Below are positions 14,201 to 24,967 of a DNA stretch of 64,000 nucleotides, one piece after another; the stretch's first letter is position 1; each line of letters begins with the position of its first letter. The DNA is from Octopus vulgaris (lineage: Eukaryota). The stretch spans positions 28,458,001-28,522,000 of the forward strand of contig OX597818.1 in NCBI GenBank assembly GCA_951406725.2, read 5' to 3'. A model generated the notes under the pieces. That model did no database searches, was not told where the DNA came from, and saw nothing but the letters and a program-made list of their open reading frames with translations. The position numbers and the translations under genes were made by a program.

Positions 14201-15734
14201 TTAAATTAAAATTAAAATTAAAATTGAAGTTAAAGTTAAAGGGTTTGAATTGGTAGGGTTAGGGTTAGGGTTAGGGTTAGGGTTAGGGTTAGGGTTAGGG
14301 TTAGGGTTAGGGTTAGGGTTAGGGTTAGGGTTAGGGTTAGGGTTAGGGTTAGGGTTAGGGTTGGGGTTAGGGTTGGGGTTGGGGTTGGGGATGGGGTTGG
14401 GGTTGGGGTTAGGGTTAGGGTTAGGGTTAGGGTTAGGGTTAGGGTTAGGGGTTAGGGTTAGGGTTAGGGTTAGGGTTAGGGTTAGGGTTAGGGTTAGGGT
14501 TAGGGTTAGGGTTAGGGTTGGGGTTGGGGTTGGGGTTGGGGTTGGGGTTAGGGTTGGGGTTGGGGTTGGGGTTGGGGTTAGGGTTGGGTTAGGGTTAGGG
14601 TTAGGGTTAGGGTTAGGGTTGGGGTTGGGGTTAGGGTTAGGGTTAGGGTTAGGGTTAGGGTTAGGGTTGGGGTTGAGGTTAGGGGTTAGGGTTAGGGTTA
14701 GGGTTAGGGTTAGGGTTAGGGTTAGTGTTAGGGTTAGGGTTAGGGTTAGGGTTAGGGTTAGGGTTAGGGTTGAGGGTTGGGGTTGGGGTTGGGGTTAGGG
14801 TTGGGGTTGGGGTTGGGGTTGGGGTTGGGGTTAGGGTTAGGGTTAGGGTTAGGGTTAGGGTTGGGGTTAGGGTTAGGGTTAGGGTTGGGGTTAGGGTTGG
14901 GGTTGGGGTTGGGGGTTAGGGTTAGGGTTAGGGTTAGGGTTAGGGTTAGGGTTAGGGTTAGGGTTAGGGTTAGGGGTTAGGGTTGGGGTTAGGGTTGGGG
15001 TTAGGGTTAGGGTTAGGGTTAGGGTTAGGGTTAGGGTTAGGGTTGGGGGTTAGGGTTGGGGTTAGGGTTAGGGTTAGGGTTAGGGTTGGGGTTGGGGTTG
15101 GGGTTAGGGTTGGGGTTGGGGTTGAGGTTGGGGTTGGGGTTAGGGTTAGGGTTAGGGTTAGGGTTAGGGTTGGGGTTGGGGTTGGGGTTAGGGTTAGGGT
15201 TAGGGTTAGGGTTGAGGTTGAGGTTGGGGTTGGGGTTAGGGTTAGGGTTAGGGTTAGGGTTAGGGTTAGGGTTGGTGTTAGGGTTGGGGTTAGGGTTAGG
15301 GTTAGGGTTAGGGTTAGGGTTAGTGTTGGGGTTAGGGTTAGGGTTAGGGTTGGGGTTGGGGTTGGGGTTAGGGTTAGGGTTGAGGTTGGGGTTAGGGTTA
15401 GGGTTGGGGGTTGGGGTTGGGGTTGGGTTAGGGTTAGGGTTAGGGTTAGGGTTGGGTTGGGTTAGGGTTGGTTGGTTAGGGTTGGGTTGGGGTTGGGGTT
15501 GGGGTTAGGGTTAGGGTTAGGGTTGGGGTTGGGGTTGGGGTTGGGGTTGGGGTTGGGGTTGGGTTGGGGTTAGGGTTAGGGTTAGGGTTAGGGTTAGGGT
15601 TAGGGTTAGGGTTAGGGTTAGGGTTAGGGTTAGGGTTAGGGTTAGGGTTAGGGTTAGGGTTAGGGGGTTAGGGTTAGGGTTAGGGTTAGGGTTAGGGTTA
15701 GGGTTAAGTGTTAGGGTTAGGGTTAGGGTTAGGG

Positions 15735-15775
<41 letters not shown>

Positions 15776-16031
15776 GGTTAGGGTTAGGGTTAGGGTTGGG
15801 GGGTTGGGGTTAGGGTTAGGGTTAGGGTTAGGGTTAGGGTTAGGGTTGGGGTTGGGGTTAGGGTTAGGGTTGGGGTTAGGGTTGGGGTTAGGGTTAGGGT
15901 TAGGGTTAGGCTTAGGGTTAGGGTTAGGGTTAGGGTTAGGGTTAGGGTTAGGGTTAGGGTTAGGGTTAGGGTTAGGGCTAGGGTTAGGGCTAGGGTTAGG
16001 GTTAGGGTTAGGGTTAGGGTTAGGGTTAGGG
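1..16031 (+). repeat. Telomeric-type (TTAGGG)n array with TTGGGG/TTAAGG/TTGAGG variants and TTAAAA blocks
   Basis: Continuous hexamer array from base 1 to the last TTAGGG ending at 16031. TTAAAA-rich blocks lie at about 6060-6240, 8600-9395, 11850-12570 and 13440-14240. Confidence 0.98.
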
Positions 16032-16170
16032 ACCGGCCCCCACTTCGAATTGACCCGGAGCCCGTCTGCAGCGGCCCCGGTGTGCGGCAGGTTGAAGTTC
16101 CTGTGCATGCGCATGAGGAAACTTCCGGTGGCCAACCGGAGGTAATCCAATTCTGCACATGTGCACTGAA
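16032..16170. promoter_or_regulatory. CpG-rich promoter-like segment with NRF1-type and ETS-type motifs
   Basis: GC/CpG-rich island in AT-rich context. Motifs: TGCATGCGCATG (16104-16115), ACTTCCGGT (16121-16129), ACCGGAGGT (16135-16143), TGCACATGTGCA (16154-16165). Confidence 0.5.
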
Positions 16171-16389
16171 ACTTACACAGTAGTGTCACTACACCATAAT
16201 TCTTGTCTTTATTTTTGGCTCTCAAATTTCGTTTTTGTTCACCTCCACCCACCTCTTTCTCATTTTCAGGAGTTATTCTTTTTACACTATCCCCAACTCC
16301 GCATCTCAAAGTTGACTCTCGTTTATCAAACAGACCAGCAAAGCATCGTTCCTCTGAGCTTTGGTTACCTTCAGACGGTTCTGAAAGTC

Positions 16390-17960
16390 ACCATCATCCT
16401 CATCATTGTTATCATCACCATCATCATCACCATCATTATTATCAGTATCATCGTCATTTTACGTTTGTCTTCCATGCTGTCATTAGTTGAACTGTTTGGC
16501 AGAATCTGATAAGCCAGAGGATTGTGTTGAGTGCCAATGTCTGCTTTTTACGACAGTTTCTACAGATGGGCGTCCTTCCTATTGCCAGACATTTTACAGA
16601 GTGTACTGGATGTTCTTTTAAGAGTATTGTCACTAATGAGGTCACAAAGTAACTCACAAGACAATATCTCCTGACTTGATTTGGGGTGCTGTATTAAGGG
16701 ACCTGGCTTTGTGCTAGGTGTTGAGAGGCTTAAGTATGGTAGAGGGACTGAAACAGGTGTCTTACTGTGGAGGAGATATATGGCTACCCCAACTGGAAAT
16801 ATGGTGGTGATGAGATGTCAGAGCATATCTTCAAGGGACAGGGGACAAGGAAGGGTGGATGAGTAAGTACACAAGTGAATGAAAGGTGAGGGATGAATGG
16901 TTAGAGATGGAGAGAGAGGTGAAATGTAGTGGATGGTGAATATGGATAAAAGCAATCAATTGTGAATTTCAGTTTGGAATGAAGTGAAGGAAAATAGGAA
17001 TGGATCAGGGAAGAATGGATGAGGTGATAAGTGGCAATACTTAAAGGGTCAGTTGTGGAGAGAAATAGGGAGATGATGTGAAGTATGTGGAGTTGGAGAG
17101 AGAGGTAAGTACTGTACAGAGGTATATAAAAGTCAAAATTAATATGCATAGCTGTTTAGGGTTAAGTGGAAAATATTGTGGTAAAAGGTAATATTGCGAA
17201 TAAAAGATGGTTGACAAGAGAAGTGGTGCCAAAAACAAAAGTTGGATGAAATATGCGCAGCTTTGTTCTCTTATAATTACAGTAGTTGAGTAAATAGTGC
17301 TATAATTAAAAGAGTGAGGGAGGGACTGTTGTTATAAAGATGAGTTGTAGAGAGGGTTTGATCGGGACAGATTTCTTGTAGGGTTATAGGCATATATAAT
17401 ATGCTTTTAGGATCTCCTTTTTTGGTTGAGATAAAAAGGTCTTCTTGAGCACAGCAAGTCACCAGTCATCTCTGTTTTTATCATCTCTTGCATGAGGCTC
17501 AATATCATGAAATCGATCTTCATTACTTCATCCCATATCTTCCTGGGTCTCCCTTTTCCATAAATTTCATCCACATTTAGCACATCAATGTGCATCACAT
17601 TACCATACCAGTGTAGTCTTCTTCCTTGCACACTACATCAGATAACTCTTATACCCAATTTTTCTCTCAACAGATTAGCACTTTGTAGCATATTGCATAT
17701 TGACTTTGCATATCTGGTAAAGCATGCTAATTTCATTTCTTTGTAACCTTTACATGTCTTCTGCTTTCATGGACTATGTTTCACTACCATTTAGCAATGC
17801 TGTTCATGCACAATATCAGTCTGAGTGAGACGCTTTTTGATACCAACAGAGGTAATAGCTCTCAGAAGTTTCTTCACACACTTCTAATTTTAGCAACTGT
17901 GCTTTCAGAACATCCTACTCCTCTACTAATTAGGTTATCTAGTTAACAGCAACAACCTAC
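16390..17960 (-). mobile_element. Old, decayed RTE LINE 3' fragment
   Basis: ORF 17407-17631 reads RRLHWYG...GKGRPRKIWDEV, matching the C-terminus of the RTE at 20764. A degenerate (CAT)n tail and terminal motif lie at about 16390-16490. Confidence 0.7.
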
Positions 17961-18540
17961 TATTTATAAGTAGATTAAATGCACTTGAACCCAGACAGGA
18001 TAATCTTAGTTCAGACATGAACCCAGGAAGTACAATCTTAGCTCACTTTGAGGGCAAAGAATGGACTCAAATATACCACATAAAACAAAATATGGAATAT
18101 TTACTACACAGATAAATGTGATTGTTTTTCTGAATATTCACTTTGTCAGCTGTCACTGAATGTAATATGTAGTAAGTGTTGAGTCACAGGTGATCGCTAC
18201 ATATATCACCCAGGAAGAGACAAATGAACAAAGCAATTATTTTATATAATGAAAAATAAAGGCATTGGAGGGGCAATGCATATCCTATGCACAGATTATA
18301 TTTTTCATAAACTATAGTGTAGCTTATAATGTGTTGCTTGCCCATGCTTTTTAATTGAACTGAATTCTTTTTTAAGTATCGTCATTAAAAGTATTTATGC
18401 TCCAGTGAAATTAAGTAATCAACTCCTCTATAGGCTAAACCCTGAAATCCATCAGTGTACACACTCACACACACATACATACACACGCACATGCACACAT
18501 ACATACACGCAGTTGCAGCTCTATGTATGTATTTATATGT

Positions 18541-18760
18541 CTTTTACTCTTTTACTTGTTTCAGTCATTTGACTGTGGCCATGCTGGAGCACTGCCTTTA
18601 GATGAGCAAATCAACTTCAGGACTTATTCTTTTGTAAGCCCAGTACTTATTCTATCGGTCTCTTTTGTTGAACTGCTAAGTTACAGGGACGTAAACACAC
18701 CAGCATCGGTTGTCAAGCAATGTTGGTGGAGACAAACACAGACACACAAACACACACACA
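18541..18760 (-). mobile_element. tRNA-derived SINE, 3' half (split by the RTE insertion)
   Basis: Reverse complement of the 3' half of the complete SINE at 52199-52607, including the AAAAGAGT tail repeats. Confidence 0.9.
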
Positions 18761-18927
18761 TCATCATCATCATCATTTAACGTCCGCTTTCCATGCTAGC
18801 ATGGGTTGGACGGTTCAACTGGGGTCTGGGGAGCCCGGAGGCTGCACCAGGCCAGTCAGATCTGGCAGTGTTTCTACAGCTGGATGCCCTTCCTAACGCC
18901 AACCACTCCGAGAGTGTAGTGGGTGAT

Positions 18928-19115
18928 TTTATGTGTCACCGACACAGGTGCCAGACGAGGCTGGCGAATGGCCACGCTCGGATGGTATTTTTTATGTGCC
19001 ACCGACACAGGTGCCAGACGAGGCTGGCAGACGGCCACGCTTGGATGGTGTTTTTATGTGCCACCGACACAAGTGCCAGATGAGGCTGGCGAACGGCCAC
19101 GATCGGATGGTGTTT
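18928..19115. repeat. Three ~62-bp subrepeats of the RTE 3' UTR
   Basis: TTTATGTGCCACCGACACAGGTGCCAGACGAGGCTGGC... x3. The same triplet is in copy 2 at about 61200-61390. Confidence 0.9.
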
Positions 19116-20782
19116 GTTACGTGCCCACAGCACGGAGGCCAGTCGATGCAGTACTGGCTACGGCCACGTTCGGATGGTTTTCTTGTGTGCCACCGGCACT
19201 GGTACCACAAAGATACAAATTCCATTGATGTTCATCTATTTTGATTTTTTGATTTTCACTTGCCTCAACAGGTCTTCACAAGTGTCACACACTTGCCTCA
19301 ACAGGTCTTCACAAGTGTCATAAGAAGGAAGGTATGCACAGGTGGACTGACTACGTCCCAGGTAGGGGCCACGGGTTATGGCCTGACTAGTCTTGCCGGG
19401 TCTTCGGATGGTGTTTTTATGTGCCACCGACACAGGTGCCAGATGAGGCTGTCGAACAGCCACGATCGGATGGTGTTTGTTACGTGCCCACAGCACGGAG
19501 GCCAGTCGATGTGGTACTGGCTACCACCACGTTCGGATGGTTTTCTTGTGTGCCACCTGCACTGGTACCACAAAGATACAAATTCCATTGATGTTCATCT
19601 ATTTTGATTTGTTTTGATTTGATTTGATTATCACTTGCCTCAACAGGTCTTCACAGGTCTTCACAAGTGTCATAAGAAGGAAGGTATGCACAGGTGGACT
19701 GACTACGTCCCAGGTAGGGGCCACGGGTTATGGCCTGACTAGTCTTGCCGGGTCTTTGGATGGTGTTTTTATGTGCCACCGACACAGGTGCCGGATGAGG
19801 CTGGCGAACGGCCACGATCGGATGGTGTTTGTTATGTGCCCACAGCACGGAGGCCAGTCGATAGGGTACTGGCTACGGCCACGTTCGGATGGTTTTCTTG
19901 TGTGCCACCGGGACTGGTACCACAGAGATACAAATTCCATTGATGTTCATCTATTTTGATTTGTTTTGATTTTGATTTTTTGATTTATTGATTTTCACTT
20001 GCCTCAACAGGTCTTCACAAGTGTCACAAGAAGGAAGGTATGCACAGGTGGACTGACTACGTCCCATGTAGGGGCCACCGGTTATGGCCTGACTAGTCTT
20101 GCCGGGTCTTCGGATGGTGTTATGTGCCACCGACACAGGTGCCAGATGAGGCTGGCAAACGGCCACGATCGGATGGTGTTTGTTACGTGCCCACAGCACG
20201 GAAGCCAATCGATGCGGTACTGGCTACGGCCACGTTCGGATGGTTTTCTTGTGTGCCACCGGCACTGGTACCACAAAGATACAAATTCCATTGATGTTCA
20301 TCTATTTTGATTTGTTTTGATTTGATTTTTACTTGCCTCAACAGGTCTTCACAAGTGTCACAAGAAGGAAGGTATGCACAGGTGGACTGACTACGTCCCA
20401 GGAAGGGGTCACGGGTTATGCCCTGACTAGTCTTGCCGGGTCTTCGGATGGTGTTTTTATGCCCCACCGACACAGGTGCCAGATGAGGCTGGCGAACGGC
20501 CATGATCGGATGGTGTTTGTTATGTGCCCACAGCACGGAGGCCAGTCGATGCGGTACTGGCTACGGCCACGTTCGGATGGTTTTCTTGTGTGCCACCGGC
20601 ACTGGTACCACAAAGATACAAATTCCATTGATGTTCATCTATTTTGATTTGTTTTGATTTGATTTTCACTTGCCTCAACAGGTCTTCATAAGTGTCACAA
20701 GAAGGAAGGTATGCACAGGTGGACTGACTACGTCCCAGGTAGGGGCCACGGGTTATGGCCTGACTAGTCTTGCCGGGTCTTC
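19043..20782. repeat. Five tandem ~335-365 bp units derived from the RTE stop codon region and 3' UTR
   Basis: Units start at about 19043, 19406, 19758, 20112 and 20446. Each ends in GACTAGTCTTGCCGGGTCTT. Confidence 0.93.
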
Positions 20783-23700
20783 TCACGCACAGCATACTTC
20801 CATAGGTCTCGGTCTCTAGTCATTTCCTTAGTGAGACCTAGAGTTCGAAGGTCGTGCTTCACCACCTCGTCCCAGGTTTTCCTGGGTCTACCTCTTCCAC
20901 AGGTTCCCTCAACTGCTAGGGTGTAGCACTTTTGCACACAACTATCTTCAGCCATTCTCGTCACATGACCATACCAGTACAGCCGTCTCTCTTGCACACC
21001 ACAACTGACGCTTCTTAGGTTCAACTTTTCTCTCAAGGTACTTACACTCTGACGATTATGAACACTGACATTACACATCCATCGGAGCATACTGGCTTCA
21101 TTTCTTGCGAGCTTACGCATATCCTCAGCAGTCACGGCCCATGTTTCACTACCATGTAGCATGGCTGTACGTACACATGCATCATACAGTCTGCCTTTTA
21201 CTCTGAGCGAGCGGCCTTTTGTCACCAGCAGGGGTAAGAGCTCTCTAAACTTTGCCCAGGCTATTCTTACTCTAGCAGTTACACTTTCAGCACACCCACC
21301 CCCACTACTGACTTGGTCTCCTAGGTAGCGGAAGCTATCAACTACTTCTAGTTTGTCTCCCTGGAACTTGGTAGAAGTTGGTCTCTGCACATTTTCAGTG
21401 TTTATTGCTCCTGAGCATCTGCCACAGACAAAAACTATTTTCCTAGTTAGCCTTCCTTTGACATTGCTGCACCTCTTATGTGTCCATAGCTTACACTTGG
21501 TGCACCTTATAGAGTTTCTACCTACACCTTTTTTACAGATCGAGCAGGGCCATCTACTTGAAGTCGTTTGTGATTGGTCCACCTTCCTACTTATTAGGAC
21601 TTCGGTTTTGGCTAGGTTGATTCTAAGGCCCTTCGATTCTAATCCTTGTTTCCACACCTGAAACTTCTCCTCCAGTTCTGATAGTGACTCAGCAATTAGA
21701 GCAAGGTCATCAGCATAGAGGAGCTCCCAGGGGCATCCTGTCTTGAATTCCTCCGTTATTGCCTGGAGGACTATGATAAATAGGAGGGGACTGAGGACTG
21801 AACCTTGGTGGACCCCAACCTCTACCCGGAATTCTTCACTGTACTCATTGCCAACCCTCACCTTACTAGCAGCGTCTCTGTACATGGCTTGCACAGCTCT
21901 CACCAACCATTCATCTATCCCTAGTTTCCTCATTGACCACCAGACAAGGGATCGGGGGGGACCCTGTCAAAGGCTTTCTCCAAGTCAACAAAAGCCAGGT
22001 ACAAGGGCTTATCTTTGGCTAGGTATTTCTCCTGCAGCTGTCTTACCAGGAATATAGCATCAGTAGTACTTTCCCTGGCACGAACCCAAACTGCATATCA
22101 TCTAAGCTAACTCTCTCTCTAATTAATTGGTCTATAACCCTCTCCGTAACCTTCATTACCTGATCCAGCAGCTTGATGCCCCTGTAGTTATTTGTATCTA
22201 GGGCGTCGCCTTTACCTTTGTAGCAGTTGACTATTATGCTGCTACACCAGTCATTGGGTATGACTCCTTCGTGTATCACCTGGTTAACTATATGGGTGAC
22301 TAAGCTATAGCCGACACTACCAGATATTTTGAGCATCTCTGCAGTAATTCCTGATGGGCCTGGGGCTTTCCCTGTTTTCATGCTTCTAATTGCCTTATCT
22401 ACTAAGGAACTGTTAACTTGGATTGCTGGTCCCTCTGTTGGGTCGACATTCGGCAGACTCTCTTTATCCCATTCATTTTCCTCATTCAGCAACCTTTCAA
22501 AGGTGCGTCTCCAAGCCTCTCTCTTAGCATCCTCATTTAGTGCAAGTGAACCGTCATCCTTGCGAACACATTTCTCTCCTACCACGTCACGATTCTCTCT
22601 CACACACTGTCTTGCAACACGAAATACCTCAAGTCTTTCATCCTCACGGCACAGGACATTGGCAAATTTTTCCTTATCTGCCTCCCCTCTGGCTAGATAG
22701 ACCTGTCTCCTAGCTTCCCTTCTGGCAGTCTGATACACATCCCTGCTACCACCGTTCTTCCAGTCCTTCCAAGCCTGTTTCTTTTGTCTAATACCCCAGT
22801 CAACAATATTGTTCCACCACCACGTTATTTTGGGTCTTAAGGGGACTTTGCACCAGCCACAGATCTGGTCAGCGGCTTTCAGCAGGTTGTCTCTCAGAAA
22901 CGTCCAGTTGTCTTCTACCCCATGCGTAGCTATACCCCCTTCCATTTCGTCAAAGGCTTCAAGTAACATGTCTCTAAATCTCTGTCCATTCGCAGGGTCT
23001 TTAAGCTTCCAGACCCTTCTTCTCCATGTTGGTCGTCTTCTAGTCGCCCTCTTAGTCCTGATCCTAAAGTCACTAACTACCAGTCTATGTTGTGGGGTGC
23101 ATTCTTCGCCTGGGAAGGTTTTGGCATTTATAAGCAGCCATCTTTCCCTTTTTCTGGCAAGGATGTAGTCGATTTGGCTAGTATGCCGGCCCGATCGGTA
23201 GGTGACCAGGTGGCTTGTCGGTTTCCTGAAGTTAGTGTTGCAAACCATAAGACTATTCGCATCGCAGAACTCCAGCAGCCTGGTTCCCTCCTCGTTGCGG
23301 GAACCATAACCGTAGCCTCCATGCACGCCATGGAAGCCCCCAGCACATCGTCCAACATGCCCATTGAAGTCACCAGCCACAAAGAGAAGGTCCCTGTCGT
23401 TCGTCAATGATGTGGTCTGCAGTAGAGTGTCATAGAAACAGTCTTTCTGTCCATCAGGTAGCCCTGGCTGAGGGGCATAGGCCAATATAATAGTTGCTAA
23501 ACTATGATGGAGCACTAATCTAATCTTAATTATTCTGTCACATACTCTGACTACCTCGATTACCTTATCTACCCATTTTTCGGCGATAAGCATGCCCACA
23601 CCCCCGACTCCGTCAGTATTCCCAGCCCAGTAAATCTTGTACCTCTGTCCTTTGCCTGTGAGGAACCTAGCAGAACCTCCTCTCCACCTCACTTCTTGAA

Positions 23701-23875
23701 TGCAGCATATATCAACCCACCTCCGTTCAAGCAATTCAACGATCTCGCCAGATCTGCCTTTCAGTGTGCCAACGTTGAGGGTGCCAACCCTGAGGGTGTG
23801 GGTGGGGGTGGGGGTGGTATTGGCCCTAGTAGCGTCATGGACCTGAAAAGAAAACTCGCGTTTGGCAGGATTCAT
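20764..23875 (-). CDS. RTE ORF: AP endonuclease + reverse transcriptase with inserted PHD-type finger; two homopolymer frameshifts near 21955 and 22070
   Basis: GTLNVGTL, IQEVRW, AGDFNGHVG, SQIDYIL (APE); NYRGIKLL, GVHQGSVLSPLLF, LYADDLAL, FRYLG (RT); CxxC..CxxCxxxxHxxC..CxxC. The ATG at 23875 aligns with the copy-2 ATG at 57853. Confidence 0.9.
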
Positions 23876-24804
23876 AGACAAACAATAGAACTTAAGTTCA
23901 AACCGCGTACACAACACTAAACATATCTTGCAATGACTGACCACTACCTTTTATGGAAGGAGGTGGGGGTGGCGTAAGACTTGAAGTGTATCTTGCAATG
24001 AATGACTACTACCTTTTATGGTAGGGGGTGAGGGTGGCGTAAGACTTTGAAGTGTACAAGGGAGACAAGGATGAGAAAATTTAGGACTTCCTGTACCGGT
24101 GGAGGGGGTGGGAGTGCGGGTGCACCTCGAAAACCGGCAGTCATTCCTTTCTTAGGAGAAAAATAGTTATTAGTAGCTATAAATACCTAAATTTTGCCTA
24201 ATCTATGGGAGAAGCGTGAGCGATAAAGAGCTATAAATTATAAATACATTTATTCTATATCTACGAGGCGTGAGACTGATCGATAAAATTAGGGGCAAGC
24301 TTTAAGATTAAATATATATTTAACACAAGACATGAGACAACGATATATAATTAAGATGAACTATAGAATTATATGTACATATAAAAACACAAGGCGTGAG
24401 GCTAAATTACACAAGTCATAACAAAAATAATAGAGATAAAACAGGGCTAACTAAAAGATCAGATCAGTTGCAGATAGTTAAGTAGGTACGGGTTGAAATT
24501 AAATATAGATTGCTTAACTTGGATTCATTTTTCGTATTTTTCGTAGGAAGTCGGTAACAGTTTGAGTTCAAGTGGGGCCGTTAAAAACAGTCGCTGGTTT
24601 ATATGCATATAGGGTGGTGGAGAAGGGGAGTCGAATGGCGATCGAAAGAGATAGAAGACAATTGAAGAGGAACGAGAGGGGGGGGACGTGGCCCGCGAAA
24701 ACCGGCAGCCATTCCTTTCTTAGGAGAGAAATAGTTATTAGTAGCTATAAATACCTAAATTTTGCCTAATCTATGGGAGAAGCGTGAGCGATAAAGAGCT
24801 ATAA

Positions 24805-24967
24805 TATATATACATATACATATATACGATGGGCTTCTTTCAGTTTCCATCTACCAAATCCACTCACAAAGCTTTGGTCGGCCCGAGGCTATAGTAGAAG
24901 ACACTTACCCAAGGTGCCACTCAGTGGGACTGAACGCGGAACCATGTGGTTGGTAAGGAAGCTACTT
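24805..24967 (-). mobile_element. tRNA-derived SINE, 5' half (continuation of 18541-18760), head cut by the Tx1 LINE
   Basis: Matches the 51660-51802 part of the SINE copy at 51460-51824. It stops at GCTACTT, just before the A-box region. Confidence 0.85.

Larger units (their letters stand above)
18760..24804 (-). mobile_element. Near-full-length RTE-clade LINE (copy 1)
   Basis: Single APE+RT ORF, (GAT)n 3' tail at 18760-18776, long repeated 3' UTR, 5' UTR with duplications. Strongly similar to the copy at 57260-61563. Confidence 0.95.

Noticed and set aside
162-16145. Poly-(GL), poly-(VR), poly-(PN) and poly-(LT) ORFs
   Set aside because: Automatic consequence of translating TTAGGG/CCCTAA, mostly with non-ATG starts. 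Repeat-derived VR/GL dipeptides have been proposed for TERRA, but nothing here supports genes.
16000-16160. Telomerase RNA gene (template CUAACCCU next to GC-rich sequence on the minus strand)
   Set aside because: The template-like sequence is just the end of a 16-kb array; no pseudoknot or box motifs are recognisable.
18793-20795. Repeated Cys/His-rich ORFs (MCHRHRCQ...) and a CRISPR-like look of repeats
   Set aside because: These are translations of the RTE 3' UTR tandem repeats. There are no unique spacers and no cas genes, and the context is eukaryotic.
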